Shown piece by piece: positions 1-10,000 of a stretch of DNA of 64,000 bases. The stretch covers positions 2,658 to 66,657 of the forward strand of contig SXOO01000203.1 of NCBI GenBank assembly GCA_005776725.1. The letters are read 5' to 3'. The notes under the pieces are model-generated. The model was not told the origin of the DNA. It saw only the letters and a program-made list of their open reading frames with translations, and made no database searches. This DNA is from Pseudomonadota bacterium. Lineage in GTDB: Bacteria; Myxococcota_A; UBA9042; GCA-2863065. The translations under genes were made by a program, and so were the position numbers. Position 1 is the stretch's first letter, and every line of letters starts with the position of its first letter.

Positions 1-1095
1 GCCCCGGGCGAGATGTGCGACGCGCCCACGGCCAGCTGCGTCGCGCTGAGCGGGGTCACGGCCGCGCCGGGCTTGATCGCGTCCATCGGTGACGGCTACA
101 CCACCGCGTTCGCGGCGCCATGCGAGGATGGCAGCGTCTCGGGCTTCTCTTCTTGCATGCTGAACGGCGTCGTGAGCGGCCAGTCGCTTGGAGGCGACTA
201 CCCGTGGCTCTCTTGGTCGACCGGTGACGAGCCCGATGTCTTCAGCCTCGCGCAGCCCCTCGCGGAAGCCCTGGGCTTGTCGTCACCGCCGATGGGCGCC
301 ACGGTCGCGATGACGGGCGCGCGGTGGCGGGACTTCGCCGACGCGGCCCGCCGGGTCTGCGAGCTCGCGCCGAAGCCGGCTGTTGTCACAGTACTGCTCG
401 GAGCGGCGGACGTCTGTGACGCCGCGACCCTGACCCAAGCGCCTGCCCCCACCGTGGTCATCAGCGAGCTGAGTGAGGGCCTCGACCTCCTCACCCGCTG
501 CCTGCCGGCAGGTAGCACCATCCGATGGTTCAGCATGCCGCGCGTGGATCTGGTCTACGACGTCGGTCAGGAGAAGGTGCGGGCGCCGTGCGCCGACGAG
601 CAAGACGTCAGCTGCCTGGACGCGTGGGCCGAGCTCGGCGTCTGCCCGCTCGTGACGCAAGGCGCTGACCCGAGCGTCCGCGCGGCGCTCGGGAGCAAAA
701 TCGACGCACTGAACCAGGGCCTGTCGGATGAGGTAACCCGCTACCAGACCCAGGCCGGCGGCCGGAACCCGAACGGTGTTGCGTTGACCACGGACTGGAC
801 CGGCTCGATCGGCGCCGGCCGGGCGGACACCTCCGTGGGCACCTGGCGCCCGGGCGTCTGCGACCTCAACCCCGTCGACTGCTTCCACCCCAGCACGGCC
901 GGTCAGAACCGACTCGCCTGCCTCGCGTTCGCGCAGGATCCGAAGAACCCTACCCCCGGGGCCGAGGACTGCGGCGCCAGCCGCCGCTGCGGCAACGGCA
1001 TGCTCGAGTCCGCGCTGGGCGAGCAATGCGAGACCGACGCGAACTGCGCCCTGGGGACGGTCTGCGACGCGCTTTGCACCTGCGTCGCCCCCTAG
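1..1095 (+). CDS. Phospholipase-B1-like SGNH/GDSL-family hydrolase homologue (5' end outside window) with a C-terminal Cys-rich tail
   Basis: The frame is open from nt 1 (track ORF 13..1095). Ordered SGNH blocks are present: IGDGYTTAF (block I), WLSWSTGD, VLLGAADVCD (block III) and DCFHPSTAGQNRLA (block V, DxxH). The tail CGNGMLE..GEQCETDANC resembles the myxobacterial CGNG Cys-rich repeat. Motif recognition only. Confidence 0.7.
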   Translation, partial: APGEMCDAPTASCVALSGVTAAPGLIASIGDGYTTAFAAPCEDGSVSGFSSCMLNGVVSGQSLGGDYPWLSWSTGDEPDVFSLAQPLAEALGLSSPPMGATVAMTGARWRDFADAARRVCELAPKPAVVTVLLGAADVCDAATLTQAPAPTVVISELSEGLDLLTRCLPAGSTIRWFSMPRVDLVYDVGQEKVRAPCADEQDVSCLDAWAELGVCPLVTQGADPSVRAALGSKIDALNQGLSDEVTRYQTQAGGRNPNGVALTTDWTGSIGAGRADTSVGTWRPGVCDLNPVDCFHPSTAGQNRLACLAFAQDPKNPTPGAEDCGASRRCGNGMLESALGEQCETDANCALGTVCDALCTCVAP

Positions 1096-1209
1096 CAGAC
1101 CCCGGAGCTCACGCTCGTAGGCCGAGTGGGCCATTGAGGGCACCGGACTCGCGGATCAAGACGGACGAGCCGGTCGATCCGATGGACCGGGACGCTCGTA
1201 CCGAGGGCG

Positions 1210-4200
1210 ATGGAACCCCTTTGTCGTCGCTCGCTCGGGCCCGCCGTGTGGTCCGCCGTTGCCGTGCTCCTCGTTGCCTGCGCCGAACCACCGGCAAGCG
1301 CAGGCATCGAGGCTGCCGATCCCGGCCCGTCGCCCGACGCGGCGCAACTCGACGCCAGCGTTGACGTCGGCGCCGACGCTCTCCCGAGCCCCGACGACGC
1401 GGCCACCTCCGTTGATGCCGACGTACCCGAGCAGGACGTGCCGCCCGCGGAGGACACGGCGGCGGCACCGGATGTGCCCAAGGACGACGTGCCACCGAAC
1501 GACGCATCGACGGACGTGCCCGCCGGAGACGTACCTACGGAGGACGTGCCAACCGAGGACGTGCCAGCCGAGGACGTGCCAGCCGAGGACGTGCCAACCG
1601 AGGACGTGCTGCTAGAGGACGTGTCAGCGGATGTACCCGAAGAGGACGTGTCCCCAGAAGACGCATCCACTGACGACGTAACAACGGAGGACGTACCGCT
1701 CCACGAGGTCACACCGGAAGACGTGATAGCGGAGGACGTGACTGCGGACGACGTCGCCACCGAAGACGTGCACAGCGACGAGGACGTCACGCCCGGCGAC
1801 GAGGACGCCACGCCCGGCGACGATACGACCGACCCGCAGGACATCACTGAGGACACGGGCGGGCCCGAGGACGTCGGTCCGACCGCGTTCTGCACGGCCG
1901 ACGCCGAGTGCGACGACGGCGACGCGTGTAATGGCGCGGAGCGCTGCGTCGATGGCGCCGCCTGCGCGCGCGGCCCAGCGCCGGCGTGCGACGACCAGAA
2001 CCCCTGCACCGCCGACACGTGCCTCGCCGCGTCGGGCTGTAAGTACACGCCTCTCCTCACGGCGTGCGACGACGGCGATCCCTGTACGGCCGGGGACACG
2101 TGCGCGGCCGGCCATTGCGCCGGAGTGGCCCGCACCTGCGATGACGGCGACGGGTGCACCCACGACAGCTGCGGCCCCGGTGGCTGCACCCACGCCCCGG
2201 TGGAAGAGCTCCCCGCTCTGAATCTGGTGGCGCCCGAGGACGGCGCAGTCGTTAAGGGCCCGGTGGCGCTCGCTGTGGTGGTGACCGGGCCCGCGCGGGG
2301 GGCACCGCGACTGCTCGATTCCGGCCTCGGCCTCCCGCTCGACGCCGTGCTCGTGGACGCCGGGCCCCACGAGCTCGCCGCCACAGTCACCGCGTGCAAC
2401 GGCACCGTGGTCACTTCGAGCCGCCGCTTCGTCGTCGATCCGCTCCCGCCCTCCTGCCGCGCCACGCTCAGTCCGCCCCCGAACGCCGCCGGCTGGTCCA
2501 ACACGCCCACCACCGTCACCTTCGAGGCCGAAGACGACGGGGCGGGGCTCGAGACGGTGAGCGAGCCGGTAGTCGTCACAGCGCCGGGCGAGACCGTGGT
2601 CACCGGCACCGCGGTTGACCGGGCCGGCCACGAGACCACCGCCAGCGCCACGGTCCGAATGGACGTCCACGCGCCCCTGGTGGTGCTCAGCGGCCCGAAG
2701 CCGAACCAGCCCGCGAATGACCAGTGGGTCAGCCAAGACTCGTCGGTGACCCTCACGGGCACGATCGGCGACGAGGCGCCGGGCGTCTCGGCCGCCGGCT
2801 TCTCCCGCGCGGTCGCGTTCTCCAGCCGAGACACCACCCGCGTGGACCTCGCCCCCGGGCCCTTCACCGTAACCTTCGCGCTGCGCGAGGGGGTCAACAC
2901 CCTCACGGTGGCGGCGATGGACCACGCCGGCAACGCTGGCCTCGCCTCGCTGATGGTGGTGCGCGACGCCGAGCCCCCACGCGTGGCGATCCAGACCCCC
3001 ACGGGTCCGGTCTCGGGACCCACGGTAGACGTGGCCGGCCTCGCCCACGACCTGGTGGTCGGCTCGATCACGGCGGAAGACGTGACGGTCACCGTGAACG
3101 GCGTGAGCGCTACGGTGCTCGATGGCCGCTTCTTCGCCGCGGGAGTGCCCGTGTCCGCAGGGGAGACCACGCTCACGGCGGTGGCCACGGACGCGGTGGG
3201 GCTCACGGCAACGGCGGCGGTCACCGTGCCCGTGGTCCCCTCGGCGCTCGAGCTCGTCTCGGGGGGAGGCCAGACAGGGGCCCCGAAGCTCCCGCTCGAC
3301 GCCCCGGTGGTCTTCCGCGTCACGACGCCGCCGCTCGAAGGGCGCGAGGTGACGGTAGCGATCACGGACAACGACGGCGCGTTAGCCGCAGGGCCCGCGG
3401 GCACCCTAGTCGCCCTGGGCCCCGAGGGTCGCCGCGCGCTGCTGCGCACAGACGCCCAGGGTCTCTGCAGCGTCACGTGGACGCTGGGGTCGCGCGCTGG
3501 GGCCGGCGTGAACCGGCTCAGCGCAACCGCCGGCTCCCTCGGCAGCCAGGTGGCGCTCGCCAGCGCGAACGCCGGCCCGCCCGCCAACCTCTACGCGACG
3601 TCGGGCGACAACGCCGTGGGCACCCCTGGGGAGCCGCTGCCGATGCCGCTCTCGGTGCTCGCCACCGACACGCACGGCAACGGGGTCGCCGGCGCGGTCG
3701 TGCGTTTCGAGGTGAGTCGCGGCGACGGACGCTTCGCTGACGGCGTAGTCGCCACGGCGCTCACCAACGACAAGGGCGTGGCCCACGCGGTCTTCGTGCC
3801 CGGCGACGCGCTCGGGAGCGGTGCACAGGCCGTGCGCGCCACCGTCCTTGGCTTCGACTCGAGCACTGCGCTGGGCGCCGAGTTCTCTGTGTCCACTCTG
3901 GCCCGGAACCCGGGTGAGACCACGCGGGTCAGCGGTCTCATCCTCGACGAAGACCAGGCGCCGGTGGCGGGCGTGACGTTGTCGACCGAGGACGGCTCAC
4001 AGAAGACCCAGAGCGACGGCGACGGCCGCTTCCTCCTGCCCACTCCGCCGGGTTTCGTGCGCCTCACGGTTGACGGGCGCACAGCGCAGCGCCCCGCCGT
4101 CGACGAGCGCTTCCCCGTGATGACGCTGGACCTCAACCTCGTCGAGGGCGCGCTCAACCCCATCGAGCGTCCGATCTACCTCCTTCGGCTCGCCGCCGGG

Positions 4201-7023
4201 CAGCGCGTGGACGCGGTACGCGCGGGCCCGATCCGACTCACGCTGCCGGAGCTCCCGGGTTATGAGCTCACGATCCCAACGGGCACCGTGGTCACCTTCC
4301 CGGACGGCAGCCACGAGGGCTACGTCTCGCTCACGCAGGTCAACAACGACCAGGCGCCGATGCCGCCGGTGAACGGCCTCGCGCCCCGGGTGTTGGTCAC
4401 GATCCAGCCCGCCGGCACCCGCTTCGAACCGCCCGCGCCGCTGACGCTGCCCAATACGGAGGGTCACTCGCGTGGGCGAAAGGTCGAGCTTGTCTCGTTC
4501 GACCACGACCTCGAAGCGTTCGTTCCGGTAGGGACGGGCACGGTCTCCGAGGACGGCTCGTTGATCCGCAGCGATCCCGGCGTGGGCGTGTTGAAGGGCG
4601 GATGGCACGGCGGATCGACGCCCGGCGGGCAAGGCAACGCCGCCACCATCACCGCCAAGCTGACGAACAACGGTCAAAAGCTCACGTCGGTGTCGCTCGA
4701 GGGCACGGGGCAGCCGGGCGCAGACACCAGCTGGCAGTTCTGCGCTTCGGGCTCCATCACGGTGGGCAACGCGGCGTGCCCGAACAAGACCTCGTGCCCC
4801 ACGTCCGCGAAGGCGGCCAGCGGGCTCAGCGGCTTCGGCGTGGTGAAGGTGGTGCACAAAGACACCCGGGGGAACCAGGCGCAAGACTATCAGCTGGTCA
4901 CGGTGTGCCCCCTCCCACCGGTCACGCTCAAGACGGCGCACAAGATCAACGGGGACTTCTTCACCAAGTTCGTCGAGCGCGCCGGCAAGGTCACCCAGCG
5001 CCTCGGGTGCAAACCCGCCGCCACATACAAGTTCAACACGGCGGCCGACGCCACAGTCGGCTGCTGCGGCAGCTGCCCAGGCATCACGGCGAAGAACTTC
5101 AACCTCTCGCTCGACGCGGAGGCCTCGATGTCGCTCAAGTGCAGCGTGCCCGGCGCCTCGATCCCACCGATCGAGATCCCGGGGGTGGCCACCGTGGAGG
5201 TGGGGCTCTCGGTCACCGCGAAGCTCGTCGGGGCGGCGGGTGTCTCCGTGGCGGTGGACAACTGTAGACAGCCGGCAGACATCCAGCCGAAGGGCAACGC
5301 GAACGTGAAGCTGGCGATCCAGGTGGACGCCACGCTCGCGAGCGTGAAGTTGGGCAAGAAGCAAGTCGCCAACGTGACGGGCTCGGCCGAGTCCAGCGTG
5401 ACTGGGACGCTCGAGCTGCAGCGCAAGGAGTTCCAGGCCAAGGTGTGCTGGGACGGGGTCACGCTCAAGGGCAAGGTCGTGTTCCTCGACTTCACCCTCG
5501 TGGACTACAAGAAGGTGCTGTTCTGCCCCCAGACCGTCTGGGAGACCGTGATCCCGTTCACGCCGCCCGCGGGCCTCGTGGGTGGCACGGGATGTCCCAA
5601 CGGCGCCTTGCCGCCCCTGGTGGACCCGCCCTGCGGCAAGCCGATCACCTTCCCTGACCCGAACGCGCCGCTCCCCCCGGTGAACACCGGCTCCACGAAG
5701 AACGCCTGCGGCGCCGGCTGCGATTCGAGCGCAACGGGGGGCTGCACCTCGGACGCGGAGTGCGACAACGGCAACGTCTGCGACGGCCTCGAGACGTGCA
5801 GCGTGGCCAAGGCGTGCGAGAAGGGGACGCCGCTCGTCTGCGAGCCCGACCAACACGCGTGTACCACCGTGGCGTGCGACCCCATCGATGGTTGCGTGCA
5901 ACAGGCCGACGACACGGCGTGTAACGACTCCCTGGACTGTACGACCGACCGCTGCGACCTCGTGGTCGGCTGCACCCGCGAGGAGGACGACTCGCGCTGC
6001 AACGACGGCGTGGCTTGTACGATCGACCGCTGCAACAAGGCCCGGCCCGCCCCAGGGACTGGCTGCGAGGTGGAGTTCGACGACCAGGAGTGCACCGACG
6101 GCGTCTCGTGCACCGATGACTTCTGCGACCCCTTCGACGGCTGCAGGAGCACACCGAACCTCCAGAAGTGTGCGGACGACGGGGTCCCGTGCACCGAGAC
6201 GCGGTGCGATCTCGTCCGCGACTGCCAGGACGAGCCACGCGACACCTTCTGTGACGACGGCTTCGCGTGCACGGTCGATCGCTGCGACCCCACGGAGGGG
6301 TGCGTCTTCCAACCGCAAGACAGCGCGTGCAACGACGCGCTCGAATGTACGACCGACGTGTGCGTCCCCGGCGAGGGCTGCATCTACACGGCGGACGACA
6401 CCCTTTGCGACGATGGCGTGGACTGCACCCTTACCCAGTGCAATCCGCTGACGGGCTGCGACACCGAGCTGGATCCGACGCGCTGCGCAGACGGCCTCGA
6501 GTGCACCGAGGAGCGTTGCGATCCGGTCAAGGGCTGTGTGCTCACGCCGAACGACGCGGCCTGCGACGACGGAGAGCCTTGCACGAACGACGCCTGCGAG
6601 CCGACCGCGGGGTGTACCCACACGCCCGACGACGGCCTCTGCGACGACGGGGATCCAAACACGGTCGACCGCTGCGCCCCGCCGTGCGTGAGCGAGGGCG
6701 AGCCGGGCGGCGGGGGCACGGTGGGATGCGCCGGCTGCCCCGCGGGCTCCACCGACTGCTGCTGCAGCGACGACGACTGTCCGGGCGACGGGATCGCGCG
6801 CTGCGAAGCCGGCCAGGTGGTGCGGCACACGTGTGAGGGCGGGAGCTGCGTCAAGACGGTGCCGGGCTGCGAGGCGTTCGAGTCGGCGGGCCCCCCGTCG
6901 TGCGCCTCCCTCACGCAACCCGTGGCCTTCACCTGCAGCGGCGCGGTGTGCACCGTGGCGCCCTTACCCGCGTGCCCTCCGGGAACCAGCTGCAAGAGCG
7001 GTCAGTGCGGAGGCACCCCGTGA
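1210..7023 (+). CDS. Giant exported lipoprotein (1937 aa) with an acidic EDVP-repeat tether, Cys-rich repeats, Ig-like domains and a CarboxypepD_reg-like domain
   Basis: ATG at 1210. Signal peptide plus lipobox AVLLVAC. Acidic D/E/P/V region at about 1300-1880. CDDGDxC-type repeats at 1888-2200. About 11 repeats of D..C.D...CT.D.C....GC at 5740-6700. VSGLILDEDQAPVAGVTLSTEDG..GRFLLP resembles CarboxypepD_reg. High GC3 throughout the frame. Confidence 0.85.
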   Translation: MEPLCRRSLGPAVWSAVAVLLVACAEPPASAGIEAADPGPSPDAAQLDASVDVGADALPSPDDAATSVDADVPEQDVPPAEDTAAAPDVPKDDVPPNDASTDVPAGDVPTEDVPTEDVPAEDVPAEDVPTEDVLLEDVSADVPEEDVSPEDASTDDVTTEDVPLHEVTPEDVIAEDVTADDVATEDVHSDEDVTPGDEDATPGDDTTDPQDITEDTGGPEDVGPTAFCTADAECDDGDACNGAERCVDGAACARGPAPACDDQNPCTADTCLAASGCKYTPLLTACDDGDPCTAGDTCAAGHCAGVARTCDDGDGCTHDSCGPGGCTHAPVEELPALNLVAPEDGAVVKGPVALAVVVTGPARGAPRLLDSGLGLPLDAVLVDAGPHELAATVTACNGTVVTSSRRFVVDPLPPSCRATLSPPPNAAGWSNTPTTVTFEAEDDGAGLETVSEPVVVTAPGETVVTGTAVDRAGHETTASATVRMDVHAPLVVLSGPKPNQPANDQWVSQDSSVTLTGTIGDEAPGVSAAGFSRAVAFSSRDTTRVDLAPGPFTVTFALREGVNTLTVAAMDHAGNAGLASLMVVRDAEPPRVAIQTPTGPVSGPTVDVAGLAHDLVVGSITAEDVTVTVNGVSATVLDGRFFAAGVPVSAGETTLTAVATDAVGLTATAAVTVPVVPSALELVSGGGQTGAPKLPLDAPVVFRVTTPPLEGREVTVAITDNDGALAAGPAGTLVALGPEGRRALLRTDAQGLCSVTWTLGSRAGAGVNRLSATAGSLGSQVALASANAGPPANLYATSGDNAVGTPGEPLPMPLSVLATDTHGNGVAGAVVRFEVSRGDGRFADGVVATALTNDKGVAHAVFVPGDALGSGAQAVRATVLGFDSSTALGAEFSVSTLARNPGETTRVSGLILDEDQAPVAGVTLSTEDGSQKTQSDGDGRFLLPTPPGFVRLTVDGRTAQRPAVDERFPVMTLDLNLVEGALNPIERPIYLLRLAAGQRVDAVRAGPIRLTLPELPGYELTIPTGTVVTFPDGSHEGYVSLTQVNNDQAPMPPVNGLAPRVLVTIQPAGTRFEPPAPLTLPNTEGHSRGRKVELVSFDHDLEAFVPVGTGTVSEDGSLIRSDPGVGVLKGGWHGGSTPGGQGNAATITAKLTNNGQKLTSVSLEGTGQPGADTSWQFCASGSITVGNAACPNKTSCPTSAKAASGLSGFGVVKVVHKDTRGNQAQDYQLVTVCPLPPVTLKTAHKINGDFFTKFVERAGKVTQRLGCKPAATYKFNTAADATVGCCGSCPGITAKNFNLSLDAEASMSLKCSVPGASIPPIEIPGVATVEVGLSVTAKLVGAAGVSVAVDNCRQPADIQPKGNANVKLAIQVDATLASVKLGKKQVANVTGSAESSVTGTLELQRKEFQAKVCWDGVTLKGKVVFLDFTLVDYKKVLFCPQTVWETVIPFTPPAGLVGGTGCPNGALPPLVDPPCGKPITFPDPNAPLPPVNTGSTKNACGAGCDSSATGGCTSDAECDNGNVCDGLETCSVAKACEKGTPLVCEPDQHACTTVACDPIDGCVQQADDTACNDSLDCTTDRCDLVVGCTREEDDSRCNDGVACTIDRCNKARPAPGTGCEVEFDDQECTDGVSCTDDFCDPFDGCRSTPNLQKCADDGVPCTETRCDLVRDCQDEPRDTFCDDGFACTVDRCDPTEGCVFQPQDSACNDALECTTDVCVPGEGCIYTADDTLCDDGVDCTLTQCNPLTGCDTELDPTRCADGLECTEERCDPVKGCVLTPNDAACDDGEPCTNDACEPTAGCTHTPDDGLCDDGDPNTVDRCAPPCVSEGEPGGGGTVGCAGCPAGSTDCCCSDDDCPGDGIARCEAGQVVRHTCEGGSCVKTVPGCEAFESAGPPSCASLTQPVAFTCSGAVCTVAPLPACPPGTSCKSGQCGGTP
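1540..1629 (+). repeat. Tandem 15-bp coding repeat (GAGGACGTGCCARCC, about 6 copies) encoding EDVP(T/A)
   Basis: Read directly. Copies start at 1540, 1555, 1570 and 1585 (near-identical), then 1600 and 1615 (diverged). The array sits inside a longer degenerate acidic repeat. Confidence 0.8.
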
Positions 7024-10000
7024 AGCTCACCCTCCCTGCCCTTCCTGCCTGCGTGGTCTGCGTCGTCTGTGTCGCCTGCGTGGCTGGGGTCGCGCTCGCC
7101 CAACACGAGCGCTCCCCCACGGAGGACTGCTTCGTCCAGGTCGGCAACCGGCTGGTCCCCGTTCAAGCCGACGGCTACTGGGAGGCCATAGGCATCCCGG
7201 CGGCCGGCGGCCTCTTCAAGGCTCGGCTCCACTGCACCAACCCGTACGGCACACGCCGCGGGGCGAGCGGGTTCTTCGGGGTCTCGCCCAACACCACCAC
7301 CGCGATCCCGTCCGTCCCGTTCTCTCCGCCACCGAGGGAGCCCCAGCGCCTGATCCTCACCGGGCCGTCCGTCGTGACGGGGCCCGATGCCGGCGCGCTC
7401 GGTGTGAGCGGCGCGTTCGCAGACGGCGCCATCGAGGCGCTCACCGAGGGGACCACCTTCGTCTCGTCCGACGCGTCGGCGCTGGCCGTCGACGCGGCCG
7501 GCGGACTCGCGGCGCTCCGTAGCGGGCGGGTCTTCGTATCGGTCTCACACTCCGGGATCACCTCGGGGCTCCGCATCGACGTGCTCCTCGGCGGCGACAC
7601 CGACAACGACGGCCTCCCCGACGACTGGGAGATCGCCGTGGGGCTGGATCCGTCCGACCCGCTCGACGCGGGCGCCGACCTGGACGGCGACGGGCTCGAC
7701 AACCGCGCCGAGTTCGATCTGGGCTCTGACCCGTTGAGCGCCGATCCCGACGGCGACGGCATCCTCGACCCGGAAGAGGTCGTGGCGGGCGCGGACGGCT
7801 GGATCACGTTGCCCCGGGCCTCTGATACGGACGGCGACGCGCTCCCAGACGACGTCGAGCTCCTCGTGGGCAGCGACCCCACCGACCCCCAGAGCGCTGA
7901 CTACGGGGCGGCCGTCCTGTCGCTGGAGGTTTCGCCGAAGACGCTGACCTTCGGCCTCGGAGTCTTCGGGGACGCGAGCCCGAAGCGCGTGCGTGTGATC
8001 GCGCGCCTGGTCGCCAATCGCACCGCGGAGGTCACCACGCGCGCGGCGTTCTCCACCTCGCCCGCCGGCGTCGTGGAGCTGACCGACACCAAAGGCGAGA
8101 TCCAACCGTCGGCGCCAGGCGTGGCCGTGCTCACCGCCGCGTTCGCCGGTCGCGACGTCTCGGTGCCGATCCGGGTATTCCAGACCGCCGTGCAGCCGCT
8201 CGGGCGCTTGGACCTCCCGGGCGACACTTACGACGTCGCGCTCTTCGGGGACCACGCGTATCTGCCCGCCAGCGCGGCGGGCCTCGTGGTGGCCTCGCTG
8301 GCGAGCCCGACCACCCCGGTGGTTGTGGCCACCCTCGCGGTCGGCACAGCCCGGGACGTCACGCGCTTCGGGGCCAGAATCGGCGTAGCCACCGAAGGGG
8401 GCGTCGCCCTGGTGAGCGCCGCCGGCGCCAGCGCCGCCATACTCCTGGAATCCTCCACCAGCAGCCCGCAGACCCAGGTGGCCGCCTCAGCAGGCCTGCT
8501 CGTCTCCGGCGGTCCCGCAGGTGTGCGCGCCTTCGACGCCTCCCTGAACCCGGCGGGTCACCTCGACACCACGGCCGTCCGGGGCCTGGCCGCGTCGGGG
8601 ACCACGGTGGCCTACGGACTCGGCCGCAGCCTGGCCGTGGCCACACACACCGGCAGCGAGTTGACCTCCCGCTCAGCCCTGCAGTTGGGCCGCCCCGTGC
8701 TGGCCGTGGAGCTCTCCGGCGACACCGCGTTCGTCGCTCTGGACCTGCCGGTGAGCCAGATCCTGGATCACACGCTGGCCGTGGTCGACCTCAAAGACCC
8801 TGGCGCACCGGTGCTCCTCTCGCGGTCGGGCCTCGGCGACTTCCTACTGCGCGATTCCGCGCTGGTCGGCACCACCCTGTACGGTGCCGAGTGGCTGCGG
8901 ACGAACGCGGCCGTCTTGCTGGACACCGCCGCTCCCGGTGCCCCGGCTTTCGTGGCACAGGCCGACTTCTCGCCGCTGGGTGACGCGGACGGCTGGGGCG
9001 TGGACGCCAGCCCAGCGTGGCTCGCCCTGGTCGCGGGAACACCGACGCCGCGGACGCTGTACGTCAGCCGGTCCACCGCGGGCGGCGCCACGGCCCCCGG
9101 CGTCCAGCCCCTGCCGCCCACCGTGGTTCTCACCGCGCCCGGCGACGGCCGCGCGGTCCGTCGGAACGAGGTGCTGACCCTACAGGCCTTCGCGTCCGAC
9201 GACGGCGGCGTGGCCCTATTGCGCTTCCGAGCCGCCGGTGAACCGGTGGGCGAGGCGTTCGGCTCCGCCGCTTCCGTCGTCTGGACCGCTCCCAACGACT
9301 TCGGCACCGTGGTCCTCACGGCCGAAGCGCTGGACTTCGACGGTAACCTGACGACCTCGGGCCCGGTGCAGGTGTTCGTGCTGCCGGACACCGACCCGCC
9401 TTTGGTCACTCTCAGCGCGCCGCTCCCCGGCGTGACCGTGTTCGCGGGCGCCAGCTTTGCCGCGGCCGCGGTTGCCACGGACAACTCGTTCGTACGGTCT
9501 ACTCGGTTGCTGGTGGACGGGGAGGTGCGCCACGAAGCGGACGGCGCGAGCGCCTCGGCCCTCTTGAAGGCACCGAACACGCCCGGAACACTCACCGTCT
9601 CCGCCGCGGCGACCGACCAGGACGGCAACTCCGGGACCTCGCCGGGGGTGATGGTCACGGTGATACCGGTGCCGACCACGACGTGCGTCGGGCGGGTGGT
9701 CACGGCCGCCAACGCCGCTGTGCCCGGCGCGACGGTCGCCGTGGGGGGCCTCACCGGGTCCAGCGCGACCGACGGGTCTTTCAGCGTCACGGGTATCCCG
9801 GCGCTGTCCGGCCTGGTGGTCGCCGTGACCCCGCCTGAGGGCTCGGGGCTCTCGTCCCTCTCCGTCGGGCCCGTCACCCCCGTGCCGAACGGGGTCACCG
9901 ACGTTGGGAATGTGGTCCTCGAGGCCGCGGGGGCCCGGCCGCTGCGACGGTCGGCGGTGGTGTCTCCGCCGGTTCGTCTCACCTTCGCCGCGCCCTCTGC

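Noticed and set aside
1092-6918. Very long minus-strand ORFs (1092..3587, 831 aa; 1624..3048; 3997..6918, 973 aa; 5505..6383 and others) opposite the 1937-aa gene
   Set aside because: They are antisense or out-of-frame shadows of a high-GC gene. Their translations are S/T/A/P/G/R low complexity with no signal or motif, and they mirror the acidic and Cys repeats of the plus-strand protein.
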